IMG/VR virus record: IMGVR_UViG_3300025889_000083
Location: 32,001-96,000 of that record
DNA: 64,000 nucleotides
Reading direction: 5' to 3' (one strand)
Source: a virus
A program made the position numbers and the translations under genes. Each line of letters begins with the position of its first letter. Position 1 is the first letter of the stretch. The notes under the pieces were generated by a model. That model saw only the letters and a program-made list of their open reading frames with translations, was not told where the DNA came from and ran no database searches. Of this stretch, positions 47,904 to 56,500 are shown piece after piece.

Positions 47904-48924
47904 CTTGTGATAATATGATATTATATCCTTGAGAGGCATCTAAGTTTACATAAATTGTATCACTTATACTTCTCGTCATTTTTAGTCTTCCAGAGTCTAC
48001 TAAAGTAATTATTTGAGTCTCTGCATCTTGTCCTATTTCTGTTCCTGTAATTTGTAATGAGCCATCAGAGTCAAGTTCTTTTCCTCCTTCTTTTAGCTCG
48101 TCTACTGCTTCAATGATATCTAGTAAGTCTTCGAGAAAGTTTACATCTAATAAATCTACATCTATCTCACTAAACTCTAAGTCTTCTTCAAAGAAGTCTT
48201 CTGCAAGTAGATCTACCTCTAAATCATTAAAGTCTAAAAAATCTGCTCGGGCTGTCTTTTCTTCTTCAACAAGTTCTTCCTCTTTTGGAGGACTTACAAT
48301 TAACATATTGTCAATCGCATCTAAAGTTAAGTCTAATATTACATTGCTACTGGGAGCTTTCTCCCACATGCTTGCGACTGTGCTTTCAAATGGTTTATTG
48401 AGTACAGTAGTTCCTGCCGCCGTTGCTACCGTGATTTCACCGCTAGATATACCATTGACATCAGGAAGAAGAATAACCAGACTACGCCCCAACTCATCAA
48501 CAGTAACAGTGAAGTCAGTTCCACGAATACCGATTTGAGCAGTTGGAGTGGATATACTAATATTCTCCTTATTAATCGCACCTATTTTCCCTGTGATAAA
48601 TCGTGCAGTTCCTGAAGCAAATTGTAAGCCAATTTTTGACTTGCTTGGATTTGGGTCAAAGACCACTTCATCAAGTATAAGCTTACTATGCTCAGTGAGA
48701 CGCACAACACTATCGTCACTAAAAGTAATACCGAGGCGAGTATTAGCAGTTCGAACGTCATCATAACTATTTACTCCTATATTAACAGAAACGGGCAATT
48801 GCTCGCCCGTTCTATTTATTTCTGCATGATTACCGTTTAATTCAGTTACGCTACCAATACCATCAGCATGAAGTGACAGTACCAGCATCATTTTGATAAA
48901 TACAAATATTCGCATTTGATCCAC
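47836..48924 (-). CDS. FecR-domain protein with acidic linker (start probably ~48891)
   Basis: DDVRTA, FSDDSVVRLTEHS, TPTAQIGIRGTDF. Confidence 0.88.
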   Translation of the reverse strand: MDQMRIFVFIKMMLVLSLHADGIGSVTELNGNHAEINRTGEQLPVSVNIGVNSYDDVRTANTRLGITFSDDSVVRLTEHSKLILDEVVFDPNPSKSKIGLQFASGTARFITGKIGAINKENISISTPTAQIGIRGTDFTVTVDELGRSLVILLPDVNGISSGEITVATAAGTTVLNKPFESTVASMWEKAPSSNVILDLTLDAIDNMLIVSPPKEEELVEEEKTARADFLDFNDLEVDLLAEDFFEEDLEFSEIDVDLLDVNFLEDLLDIIEAVDELKEGGKELDSDGSLQITGTEIGQDAETQIITLVDSGRLKMTRSISDTIYVNLDASQGYNIILSQDGKDINIVVNSGGSSIILRQSE

Positions 48925-49600
48925 TTGTTCCGCTAGTCGTTGAATTAATATTCAAGTAATCCTTTGCCAGTGTAGATTGCTGGTCTATAATAAAGTTTGT
49001 ATAATCACCTGTATGATCTAGATAAAACTCATGTCCTGCATAGTTATCTGCATCGTAGTCCAGAGTATTATAATCTCCAGTTATGTCAATATCAAAGATT
49101 GCATTATCTACATCTATATTTGAAGTGATTGTATTATAATCACCGCTTATAACAGCATCGTAGTCAACACCAGTTGCTGCTGCAGCTGTTGCTATTCTTA
49201 CTGTCATGTCATTTCCACTTCCAGTAATATCTACATCTATGTTAAGATTATCGCCGCCATAAGTTCCAGTTGCATCTACATCAATATCAAAGATATTGCT
49301 ATCTCCTGTAAATGTAAAGTTTCCTGCAACTGTATCAGCTACGATATCTCCTATAAAATCGTTGCCATCTCCAATCTGATTTATATCAATCGTTTGACTG
49401 TTTCCTGTCAAATTAAATGTGCTAATTGGATCATTTCCACTTGCTGTTTCGTTTCCTTTTACTTGGTTTCCACTTCCAATCTGGTCTATCTCTATTTGAG
49501 CATTACTCCCAGATTGTGTTATGTAGATTTCATTATCCGCTGCATATGCACTTATAGTAAAAAGTACTATTAAACTAAGATTTACCCCCACTAGTTTCAT
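48863..49600 (-). CDS. Curlin-like beta-solenoid repeat protein
   Basis: Signal peptide; NEIYITQSG, IDQIGSGN, INQIGDGN, then xIxGxxN repeats. Confidence 0.75.
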   Translation of the reverse strand: MKLVGVNLSLIVLFTISAYAADNEIYITQSGSNAQIEIDQIGSGNQVKGNETASGNDPISTFNLTGNSQTIDINQIGDGNDFIGDIVADTVAGNFTFTGDSNIFDIDVDATGTYGGDNLNIDVDITGSGNDMTVRIATAAAATGVDYDAVISGDYNTITSNIDVDNAIFDIDITGDYNTLDYDADNYAGHEFYLDHTGDYTNFIIDQQSTLAKDYLNINSTTSGTSGSNANICIYQNDAGTVTSC

Positions 49601-50441
49601 TTTGCTCTCCCAAGCTGGCTACTGACCAGTAGCCTCTTCTATTTCCTTCTAAAATAGTTTCATATACTCCTGTCTCAATTGCTTTCTGAAGTGCAATAGT
49701 AACGCTTTCGTTCTTTGTCACTCCATTCTCAACTTCGACAAGTTCTGTTCCCATCTCAATAAATCGAAAAACATCTTGATTTACTGCGACACTGAGAATC
49801 GTTTTTGTTATAAGCACTTCCATGAGAATCTCTCCAGTGCTTACACTTACTGTTCTTAATGATACCGTCACGGTATCTTCTCGATATTGCTTACTTGCTC
49901 CAATACCTAAATATCTTGCTCCTGTTCCTCCTGACTTTAAATTGGTATCATAACCAATTACGCCACCTTCCATAATAAGTCCTGCGAAAAGCAGGGGAAG
50001 CATGTCTTCGGATTCTCGTAGCGAATCTCGTGTGGAGCGAATGAGCTGTCTCTCTTTTGTAAGATGATCGAGTCCAACTCGTTCAACAACTCGAAAGAAA
50101 CTTCCTTGCCCTGCATGCTTGAGTGCTCGTACGAGTAAAGCGTCAGGTGACATGGTGACTGCAGTGCTGAACAACGCGAACTGGCTATTACTTTTTCGTT
50201 GTCCTGTGAGGTCACTAAAGCTATATACAGCAACAGTTGGGATATTATTAGAAGTCCGAGTAATATTCCACAGATTTTCATTTGTAATCTGTCGGACTTC
50301 AGCAATCTCCATTTTACTAAAATAACCTGTGTTATTTTCGAGAAGACTCTTAACATCATATCCCCCAAAACAACTACTAAGGCATAAAGTCGCCAAAGGA
50401 ACCAATCGGAATTGTAATCTCTGTAACTTGTCCATCTGCAT
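49575..50441 (-). CDS. csgG: Curli secretion pore lipoprotein CsgG-like (true start uncertain)
   Basis: LSSC lipobox; VAVYSFSDLTGQRK, FRVVERVGLDHLTKERQLIR, GARYLGIG. Confidence 0.92.
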   Translation of the reverse strand: MQMDKLQRLQFRLVPLATLCLSSCFGGYDVKSLLENNTGYFSKMEIAEVRQITNENLWNITRTSNNIPTVAVYSFSDLTGQRKSNSQFALFSTAVTMSPDALLVRALKHAGQGSFFRVVERVGLDHLTKERQLIRSTRDSLRESEDMLPLLFAGLIMEGGVIGYDTNLKSGGTGARYLGIGASKQYREDTVTVSLRTVSVSTGEILMEVLITKTILSVAVNQDVFRFIEMGTELVEVENGVTKNESVTIALQKAIETGVYETILEGNRRGYWSVASLGEQNETSGGKS

Positions 50442-50880
50442 CTGTAATTCTTAGAGTAATTGTTGTACCATCACTGGAATACTCAATTGTGTTTCCTTCA
50501 ATAACAACTGTACCGTAGGCTTCAAGTCCTTGTCCGTTAGATCCAAAGAGTTGATCGACGAGATCTCGTGATAACTGAGAATAAACTCTACTCTCGAAGT
50601 TCTTGAGAAATCGTGCGAGAGTTGATGACTCTGCGTCTCGTTTTGCTTGTTCAATTGCTGCTTCTAAATCGTCTTTAATTTTATTTTTTCGAGTGTTTTC
50701 TTGATTTTCGATTGTCAAGTAATGTGCCGATGTTCCGATCCCAGAGAAACTGGGATTGTTGAACTTGTGCACCATTTCGTCGGTATAACCTTTCACCGCA
50801 AAAAATATTGCTCCACCAATACATACTAAACCAATCGTAATACTAAGGAATCTTTTTCGTAGCGGAGTCTTTCTTCTCAT
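50377..50880 (-). CDS. csgF: CsgF-like curli assembly protein
   Basis: HKFNNPSFSG; C-terminal ITDADG..TEITIP; adjacent to csgG. Confidence 0.85.
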   Translation of the reverse strand: MRRKTPLRKRFLSITIGLVCIGGAIFFAVKGYTDEMVHKFNNPSFSGIGTSAHYLTIENQENTRKNKIKDDLEAAIEQAKRDAESSTLARFLKNFESRVYSQLSRDLVDQLFGSNGQGLEAYGTVVIEGNTIEYSSDGTTITLRITDADGQVTEITIPIGSFGDFMP

Positions 50881-51109
50881 TTTCTTTCATCTGTAGAATT
50901 GTATCTACCTTTTGCTGTAGTCTTATTAGATCATTGTCGAGCATACGAACTTGGTCGATTAACTTAATAAGTGCAAAGTGCATTTCTTCAACAGCAGGTT
51001 CCACCACATCATTAAGGTTTGTCCACATATAGTAAACAAAATAACCAAGTCCAACCATCGCAATGATTGGAAAACCAAAGTCTTGTATCAGTTGTCCTAT
51101 GTCTTCCAT
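50843..51109 (-). CDS. TM plus coiled-coil protein
   Basis: FGFPIIA TM; LDNDLIRL. Confidence 0.75.
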   Translation of the reverse strand: MEDIGQLIQDFGFPIIAMVGLGYFVYYMWTNLNDVVEPAVEEMHFALIKLIDQVRMLDNDLIRLQQKVDTILQMKENEKKDSATKKIP

Positions 51110-51483
51110 GAAGCTAGTGCCTTTTTGATACTTTCTTCTGCTAAGACTGAGCAGTGTAATTTTATACTTGGAAGTTCAAGAGCAGCAGCTATATCTCTAT
51201 CTTTTATCTTAAGAGCCTCTTCTACTGTCTTTCCAACAAGCATGTCTACAAAAAGACTGCTTGAAGCGATTGCACTTCCACAACCATATGTTTTAAACTT
51301 TACATCTTGTATTATGTTATCTTCAATCTTAAGTTGAAGTTTCATTACGTCTCCACAAGCTGGAGCTCCTACCATTCCAGTAGCAACTCTCGGATCGCTG
51401 GGATCAAATCTACCAACGGAAAATTTTTCGGGATTACTAAGTACTCCTTCAAATCTTTCTACTACTTGTCTGCTATATGCCAT
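51097..51483 (-). CDS. iscU: Fe-S cluster scaffold IscU
   Basis: MAYS..V, GAPACGDVM, FKTYGCGSA, KLHCSVLAE. Confidence 0.95.
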   Translation of the reverse strand: MAYSRQVVERFEGVLSNPEKFSVGRFDPSDPRVATGMVGAPACGDVMKLQLKIEDNIIQDVKFKTYGCGSAIASSSLFVDMLVGKTVEEALKIKDRDIAAALELPSIKLHCSVLAEESIKKALASWKT

Positions 51484-51779
51484 TAATCTCTTCTCACGTC
51501 TAAAGTGCCAGCTTCAATAAAATTCTCTGCTCTGGCAATTCTATTTAGATCTGGCACAAGTCCAAGAGCAGCACTTACAGTTGTGTCTAATCTTATCATG
51601 TCATTATTGATTGTTTTGACACGAGTAGTAAGTGAAGTACAAAACATTTTAAGAGTTCCAATACTAGAAGCAACTCCTTCCATCTTCTGTTTCATAACAA
51701 GAAAGATGAAGTATCCCATAACAAGTGCGCCTGCTATCGGTGCTCCAACTTCTGCTATAAGATTAAGTACTTCTTCCAT
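51483..51779 (-). CDS. TM plus coiled-coil protein (paralogue of 50843..51109)
   Basis: VGAPIAG TM; INNDMIRL. Confidence 0.75.
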   Translation of the reverse strand: MEEVLNLIAEVGAPIAGALVMGYFIFLVMKQKMEGVASSIGTLKMFCTSLTTRVKTINNDMIRLDTTVSAALGLVPDLNRIARAENFIEAGTLDVRRD

Positions 51780-52074
51780 TTATAAATGACTCTCCACAGC
51801 CACAGCGGGTGTAAGGCAAGTCAAAAGTAAGTTTTTCATTTAAGTCACTTTCAAGTCCGATCTCAACTGGCTCTAACATCTCCCAGTCTGAAAAAGGAAT
51901 ATGGATTGAGAAAAATCCAAAGTCCACCATATATGTTCCCCCAACTTCTGAGGTTTCTATAAATTCGATACTATTACCGCTGCAACCACGACGAGCAGAC
52001 CTAAGTAGTATTCTCGCTGGTTTCTTTGCAATGCGCTCCGTAATAAATTGTATGGCTTCATTAGATATCTTCAC
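51763..52074 (-). CDS. IscA/HesB-family Fe-S carrier
   Basis: GCSG and CGCGESF. Confidence 0.85.
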   Translation of the reverse strand: MKISNEAIQFITERIAKKPARILLRSARRGCSGNSIEFIETSEVGGTYMVDFGFFSIHIPFSDWEMLEPVEIGLESDLNEKLTFDLPYTRCGCGESFINGRST

Positions 52075-52194
52075 CGTCCATGTATTTGCCCCAGAGGTAT
52101 TTAGCCCCTACGTATGCACCTCCTAAAATGCTTGCCCAGATAACTAGGCTAAATAAATATTTAAATAATGTGTATGGTAATAAAATAAATTCTA

Positions 52195-52659
52195 TCATGT
52201 TTTGTCCTGTAATAATCGTTCCATTAACTTGCCGTAATTTCCCTGACCGAATGGTAATTCTCCATTTATCTGCACATTCGTCTGGTTTTTAATATTAGAG
52301 GCTTTGGCTTTCTCAAGTTCTGCCATTGCCTTGATCTCATCCATGCGCATCTTGTGCGCTAGGCTTAGTAGATCTACGACATCCTTATTAGTGTAAACTT
52401 GACTTTCTTCTGCTTCTTCTAGTTTCTGTTCTATTATATCGTCAAGTTTATTTGCAATTTTAAATCTATTGCGATATCCTGTGTCCAGATAGACTTGATC
52501 GATATACTGGCGAACTTCTCTTTTATTGAGTAGATCTTGTACAGTATTTTCATCAAGTTTAAGTCGTAAACAAACTGACTGAACATTTCCCAGTTCTAAA
52601 TAACAGTTCGCTACTTCTAAGCCTTCTGGAGACATTCTTGTTGCGATTTCATTTTTCAT
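52195..52659 (-). CDS. terS: Terminase small subunit (T5-like)
   Basis: MSPEGL, GYRNR, KLEEAEE, AHKMRMDE, QTN. Confidence 0.85.
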   Translation of the reverse strand: MKNEIATRMSPEGLEVANCYLELGNVQSVCLRLKLDENTVQDLLNKREVRQYIDQVYLDTGYRNRFKIANKLDDIIEQKLEEAEESQVYTNKDVVDLLSLAHKMRMDEIKAMAELEKAKASNIKNQTNVQINGELPFGQGNYGKLMERLLQDKT

Positions 52660-52665
52660 ATTGGG

Positions 52666-52694
52666 AGTATACCATAGGTCGATCTAAAAGTCAA
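52666..52694 (-). promoter_or_regulatory. Promoter, probably giving a leaderless terS mRNA
   Basis: TTGACT-N17-TATACT, 6 nt before ATG. Confidence 0.75.
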
Positions 52695-52990
52695 GAAATT
52701 TTTTCGTATGCATCGTCACGATGCTATCTTCTGCGTCTTTTTATAAGTACCAAAAATACCAAAAGTTGTACGTGTGGGGGAGCGGAGCTCCGCGCTGACA
52801 ACGTTGTCAGAAAACCGCCCCCCATTGCTGGGGGGTGGCGGGGGGATATGCTAGAAATTAAATTCTAGCTGCTTTGGTTTATTGCGATTAACAAATAAAT
52901 GTCTTCTCACAATCTCACCTTTAATCCTAGCAATCATCTCACTATGAGATTTTGCTACTATTCTTTTTTTGCCTACTCTTGTAATTACTT

Positions 52991-53179
52991 TCATTTTTCT
53001 TTCCTTAGCCAATAACGATTGGCATTAATTCCTATAGACACATTATGCGTCATTTCTTCCCACATATCAAGACATCTTCTTAATTTATTTTTAAGCAGAT
53101 ATTTCTTGATTGCTTTCTCATCACCAACCATAACGATAAGATAATCTTTATATAATTGATATTTCATAATTCGCCCCAC
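52991..53179 (-). CDS. Small pre-early-type hypothetical protein
   Basis: ORF in leftward cluster. Confidence 0.55.
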   Translation of the reverse strand: MGRIMKYQLYKDYLIVMVGDEKAIKKYLLKNKLRRCLDMWEEMTHNVSIGINANRYWLRKEK

Positions 53180-53391
53180 TCATTATGCATGACTGCTAAT
53201 AAATCGTAGAACATACCATTTAATTCATCTCTTAGATATTTATCTTTCTTGACCATTGTCATTGGACAATATCTAATATAATCATTCCACCGCCGAACAA
53301 TTTGCCTTGCTGATTGCTTGGGCAATTTGGTTTCTTTAATCGCCATGTGGTATGGTGTTCTCATGTTTACCATTTGCTCACTACCTGCCAT
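53164..53391 (-). CDS. Small hypothetical protein
   Basis: ORF in leftward cluster. Confidence 0.55.
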   Translation of the reverse strand: MAGSEQMVNMRTPYHMAIKETKLPKQSARQIVRRWNDYIRYCPMTMVKKDKYLRDELNGMFYDLLAVMHNEWGEL

Positions 53392-53654
53392 TTGGTAATA
53401 CCCCCCACATAACTAAAAGATTAATGCATGTTATCGCAATTCCTAGCGATAGGAAAAACATTCCAAACAGAATTAAATTCTCTCTCATAATCCTAACCCC
53501 ATTAATAATAAAGCTAAAAACATGCAACCTATAACTGCTATATTAATCATCAACTCAACCCCATAAGGAAGACTATCTGTCCATCTCATAATATAGGCAA
53601 CCGATAAACACGCCATTAAAAAGACGATACCGCACAAAAATAAAAAAGCATTCA

Positions 53655-53891
53655 TTATTTAATCCCCCACTCTTTTTTTGTATTACTAATAGATTGACTA
53701 GCTATATCGAAACCTCTATCAATCCCATTTTCAAACGCCATATCTAGGTTATCTAAAATGGCATTTCTTAGATGATGCTGTAAAACATCATCTTGTATTT
53801 TAGAAACTAAATCCCATAATGCGATTTTCATTTCCATATCTTTTTTTTCTTTATCTAGCATTTTTAACTCCTTATTAGATAAATTTTCCAT
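53655..53891 (-). CDS. Hypothetical protein, probably leaderless
   Basis: TTGCAT-N17-AATAAT 6 nt upstream of ATG. Confidence 0.65.
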   Translation of the reverse strand: MENLSNKELKMLDKEKKDMEMKIALWDLVSKIQDDVLQHHLRNAILDNLDMAFENGIDRGFDIASQSISNTKKEWGIK

Positions 53892-53960
53892 ACACTAATT
53901 ATTACAAAAAACAACAAGCAATGCAAGAATTTTTTTACTTTTTTTGCCTTGCTGTTTTGA

Positions 53961-54018
53961 TTGACTCACCCTAAAATTCATAAATGAATTTTAGGGTGTG
54001 TTTCGCTTTTTGTCAATA
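53961..54018. repeat. 58-bp repeat copy 1 containing 32-bp palindrome and minus-strand promoter
   Basis: One mismatch to 56282..56339; CACCCTAAAATTCAT-AA-ATGAATTTTAGGGTG. Confidence 0.9.
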
Positions 54019-54359
54019 GATTTTTTAAAAAAAATTACTATATATTTATACAGCAAATGACAACGTTGTCATGGCTAAAAGAAACATACCCTAAAATTAT
54101 AAATAATTTTAGGGTGGCTCTGATTTGGTGGGTTGCTTTAAATGGGGCGGTCTAAAATTTGTCCGCTTCGCTTTATCAAACTTTGTTTGATAAACAAATT
54201 TTAGACCGAGATTCAGAAAATGTCAAGATTTGTGACAACTTTTTTACTGCTCATTTTTTGACCACTTGGCGAAAATTTATACAGGGCTATTTTTTCAAAT
54301 ACACTTGCTCTCTTTATACTTTTCGATATACTAGAAGGATATTCATAAGAGAGGAAAAA

Positions 54360-54506
54360 ATGGAAAAAGAAAAGAAACAAGAAGAAACTAAGGCAACACT
54401 AGCCAAGATGATCGCTAAGAAAAAAGGTTTATCAACTTCCGAGCAAACATCACTAGAAAGAACTTCTAAAGATATGCTTGTTAAAATCTTGGCATGGGTT
54501 TCCTAG
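54360..54506 (+). CDS. 48-aa mini-protein resembling C-terminal half of A2/D3-like proteins
   Basis: GAGG RBS; TKATLAKMI...SLERTSKDML. Confidence 0.7.
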   Translation: MEKEKKQEETKATLAKMIAKKKGLSTSEQTSLERTSKDMLVKILAWVS

Positions 54507-54724
54507 ATCTTCTTTATTGGTTTGGGGCTATCTGTTTAATGATTGCCCCAATAACCAAAAACACCACCACTCCGATAATGGCGGTTATTGGTTTATCCTT
54601 GCTAACACTTCAAGCAATAGAAAATCAATTAATCAATTTAATAATCTTAAATGTATCCTCAATTATTGCATGGGGCTACAACTATAAAAGGATAACTAAT
54701 GAAAACAAAAATCGAATTAACTAA
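54494..54724 (+). CDS. Small multi-TM membrane protein
   Basis: Three hydrophobic segments. Confidence 0.65.
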   Translation: MGFLDLLYWFGAICLMIAPITKNTTTPIMAVIGLSLLTLQAIENQLINLIILNVSSIIAWGYNYKRITNENKNRIN

Positions 54725-55181
54725 ACAAATAGGCAAGGCAAAAATACCGCTTAAACTTTTTAAATATAGCTATCTATATTTGCTTTCCCTAGAATTGCTA
54801 AATGATGAAGGCACACCATACCAGCAATATTTTAAATTTGGAAAAACACAAGATCCCGAAAAGCGATTTAAACAATTCCAAAAAGACTATATGAATTTTA
54901 AGATAGGTTATTTTTGGCTCTCTTACGATATGCCAAATTGTTGGCGGTGGTTAGATATGGAAACTCAAATTATAGAGAGCAAAATTAAAAAAACACTTGA
55001 TAGCAATTTTGAGAAATGGGACAAAGAAAAAGGCAGAATTTATGGGTGGACAGAAATATATAAACTCAATAATACGCTAGAATTAAAAGGCATTAAGACT
55101 TTTGTAACCACAGAAATAAAAATGCTCATGGGACAAAATAACATCAGCAACTTAGAGGATTTAAAATTATGCACAAAATAA
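54699..55181 (+). CDS. GIY-YIG/T5orf172-like protein
   Basis: YLYLL...YFKFGKTQDPEKRFKQ...E..IK...TEIY. Confidence 0.7.
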   Translation: MKTKIELTKQIGKAKIPLKLFKYSYLYLLSLELLNDEGTPYQQYFKFGKTQDPEKRFKQFQKDYMNFKIGYFWLSYDMPNCWRWLDMETQIIESKIKKTLDSNFEKWDKEKGRIYGWTEIYKLNNTLELKGIKTFVTTEIKMLMGQNNISNLEDLKLCTK

Positions 55182-55269
55182 ATATTAATAATCAAGAATA
55201 TATTATGAGAGTCATTGTAGATGACAAAGGAAATGTAGATCATAAAGCACAGCTAGAGGTAGAAGAAAA

Positions 55270-55512
55270 ATGGAAAGGAATGACAATAGAGAAGCCAACA
55301 CTTACGCTAATAACGAACAAGCAATATATAAAATCGTTAAAAGACTAAATGAAAAAAGAAAAAATGAACTTTATAGATTGCTTATCAGATATCGCAGACT
55401 TAATGGAGAACATAGAACAAGACATGGAAAAAGCTCTCCGCTATTTACTGCAAAAATTAGGGTTATCCGAAAAGAACTAGAAGGAAAATTTTTTATTACT
55501 GATTTAGATTGA
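55270..55512 (+). CDS. Basic hypothetical protein
   Basis: GAGG upstream; 80 aa. Confidence 0.6.
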   Translation: MERNDNREANTYANNEQAIYKIVKRLNEKRKNELYRLLIRYRRLNGEHRTRHGKSSPLFTAKIRVIRKELEGKFFITDLD

Positions 55513-55874
55513 TTACAGGGCAAAGCTATCTTTCATTAATTCCTTCTCATATCTTAGCTTTGCCCTATTCCGATTTGGGCTCTGTTGATCTCATTTAATT
55601 TTTATTAAATAAGGACGGAAACTCTCTTTGTTAATTTCTACGAGAGCAGAGCCCAAAGTTATCCACAAAAAAACGACTTACTAACAAGGTTATCCACAGG
55701 CAAATTTTTTTGTCACAAAACTTGACTTTTTTCGAAACGCGGTCTAAAATTTGCTTATTGCAAAGCAATAACCGAAGGTCGCAAATTTTAGACCGAGCCC
55801 AAATTAACCAAAAAAATAATTTAAAAATATTTAAAAAAACGCTTGACGGCAGGGTTAAAATTTGAGAATATATA

Positions 55875-56224
55875 CATATCAGGACAGGGCAGAAAGCAAC
55901 GGACTGAAAAGGAAAGCAGACGCCTTCCACCCAATGAGCAAAGACTCTTAGAGAAACTCAAAGGCTAGGAAACGCGGAGAAGCTACCGAGTAAATACCGA
56001 CTTTCTACCCCTACTGATACGGAGATTATATCACAGATATAATTATGATAAAAATCAAATAACAAAAGTGATTTTGATCTAGGGGAAAGAATTGTTAATC
56101 CTCAACCCTAAATCGAAACGCTAGAAAGAAACGGAAACATTAACGGAAACTTAATCTAGCAAACTCCTCTCCTTAAAGAGAGAAAAAAGGCAGAACAAGA
56201 AATTGAACTGCCTTTTTTTTTTTT
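55875..56224 (+). ncRNA. Candidate ~340-nt structured RNA
   Basis: TTGACG promoter upstream, terminator downstream, internal stems, no credible ORF. Confidence 0.45.
56183..56224 (+). terminator. Rho-independent terminator
   Basis: AAAAAAGGCAG...CTGCC then T13. Confidence 0.8.
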
Positions 56225-56281
56225 GATAAATGACAACGTTGTCATTTTTAATCCTAAAAAAATCCGCTTTGGCTTTTTAAC

Positions 56282-56339
56282 TTGACTCACCCTAAAATTC
56301 ATAAATGAATTTTAGGGTGTGTTTCGGTTTTTGTCAATA
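56282..56339. repeat. 58-bp repeat copy 2
   Basis: Near-identical to 53961..54018. Confidence 0.9.
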
Positions 56340-56366
56340 CCTTTTTAAAAAATATTTTTAAATGCG

Positions 56367-56385
56367 AATGAGAATCATTCTCATT
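56367..56385. promoter_or_regulatory. Fur-box-like 9-1-9 palindrome
   Basis: AATGAGAAT-C-ATTCTCATT. Confidence 0.65.
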
Positions 56386-56423
56386 TGGAAAAATCAACTT
56401 TTGTCCACAGGGGCGCGCCTTCG

Positions 56424-56500
56424 GCGCCAAAGTGCAAAAGTGAAGTGCCAAAGTGATGGCGCTTGCGCCAAAGTGCGAAAGTGAAGTGCGAAAGTGAAGT
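56424..56500 (+). repeat. AA(A)GTG(C) repeat tract
   Basis: About nine AAGTG/AAGTC units; related tract at 57136..57190. Confidence 0.8.

Noticed and set aside
7328-50387. Short plus-strand ORFs within the late region (for example 7328..7804, 13389..13769, 29233..29562, 48113..48538)
   Set aside because: Antisense shadows of well-supported minus-strand genes
54231-55717. CRP sites (TGTGA/TCACA) linked to the phage cyclase
   Set aside because: Only half-sites at about 54231 and 55713; the second half is missing
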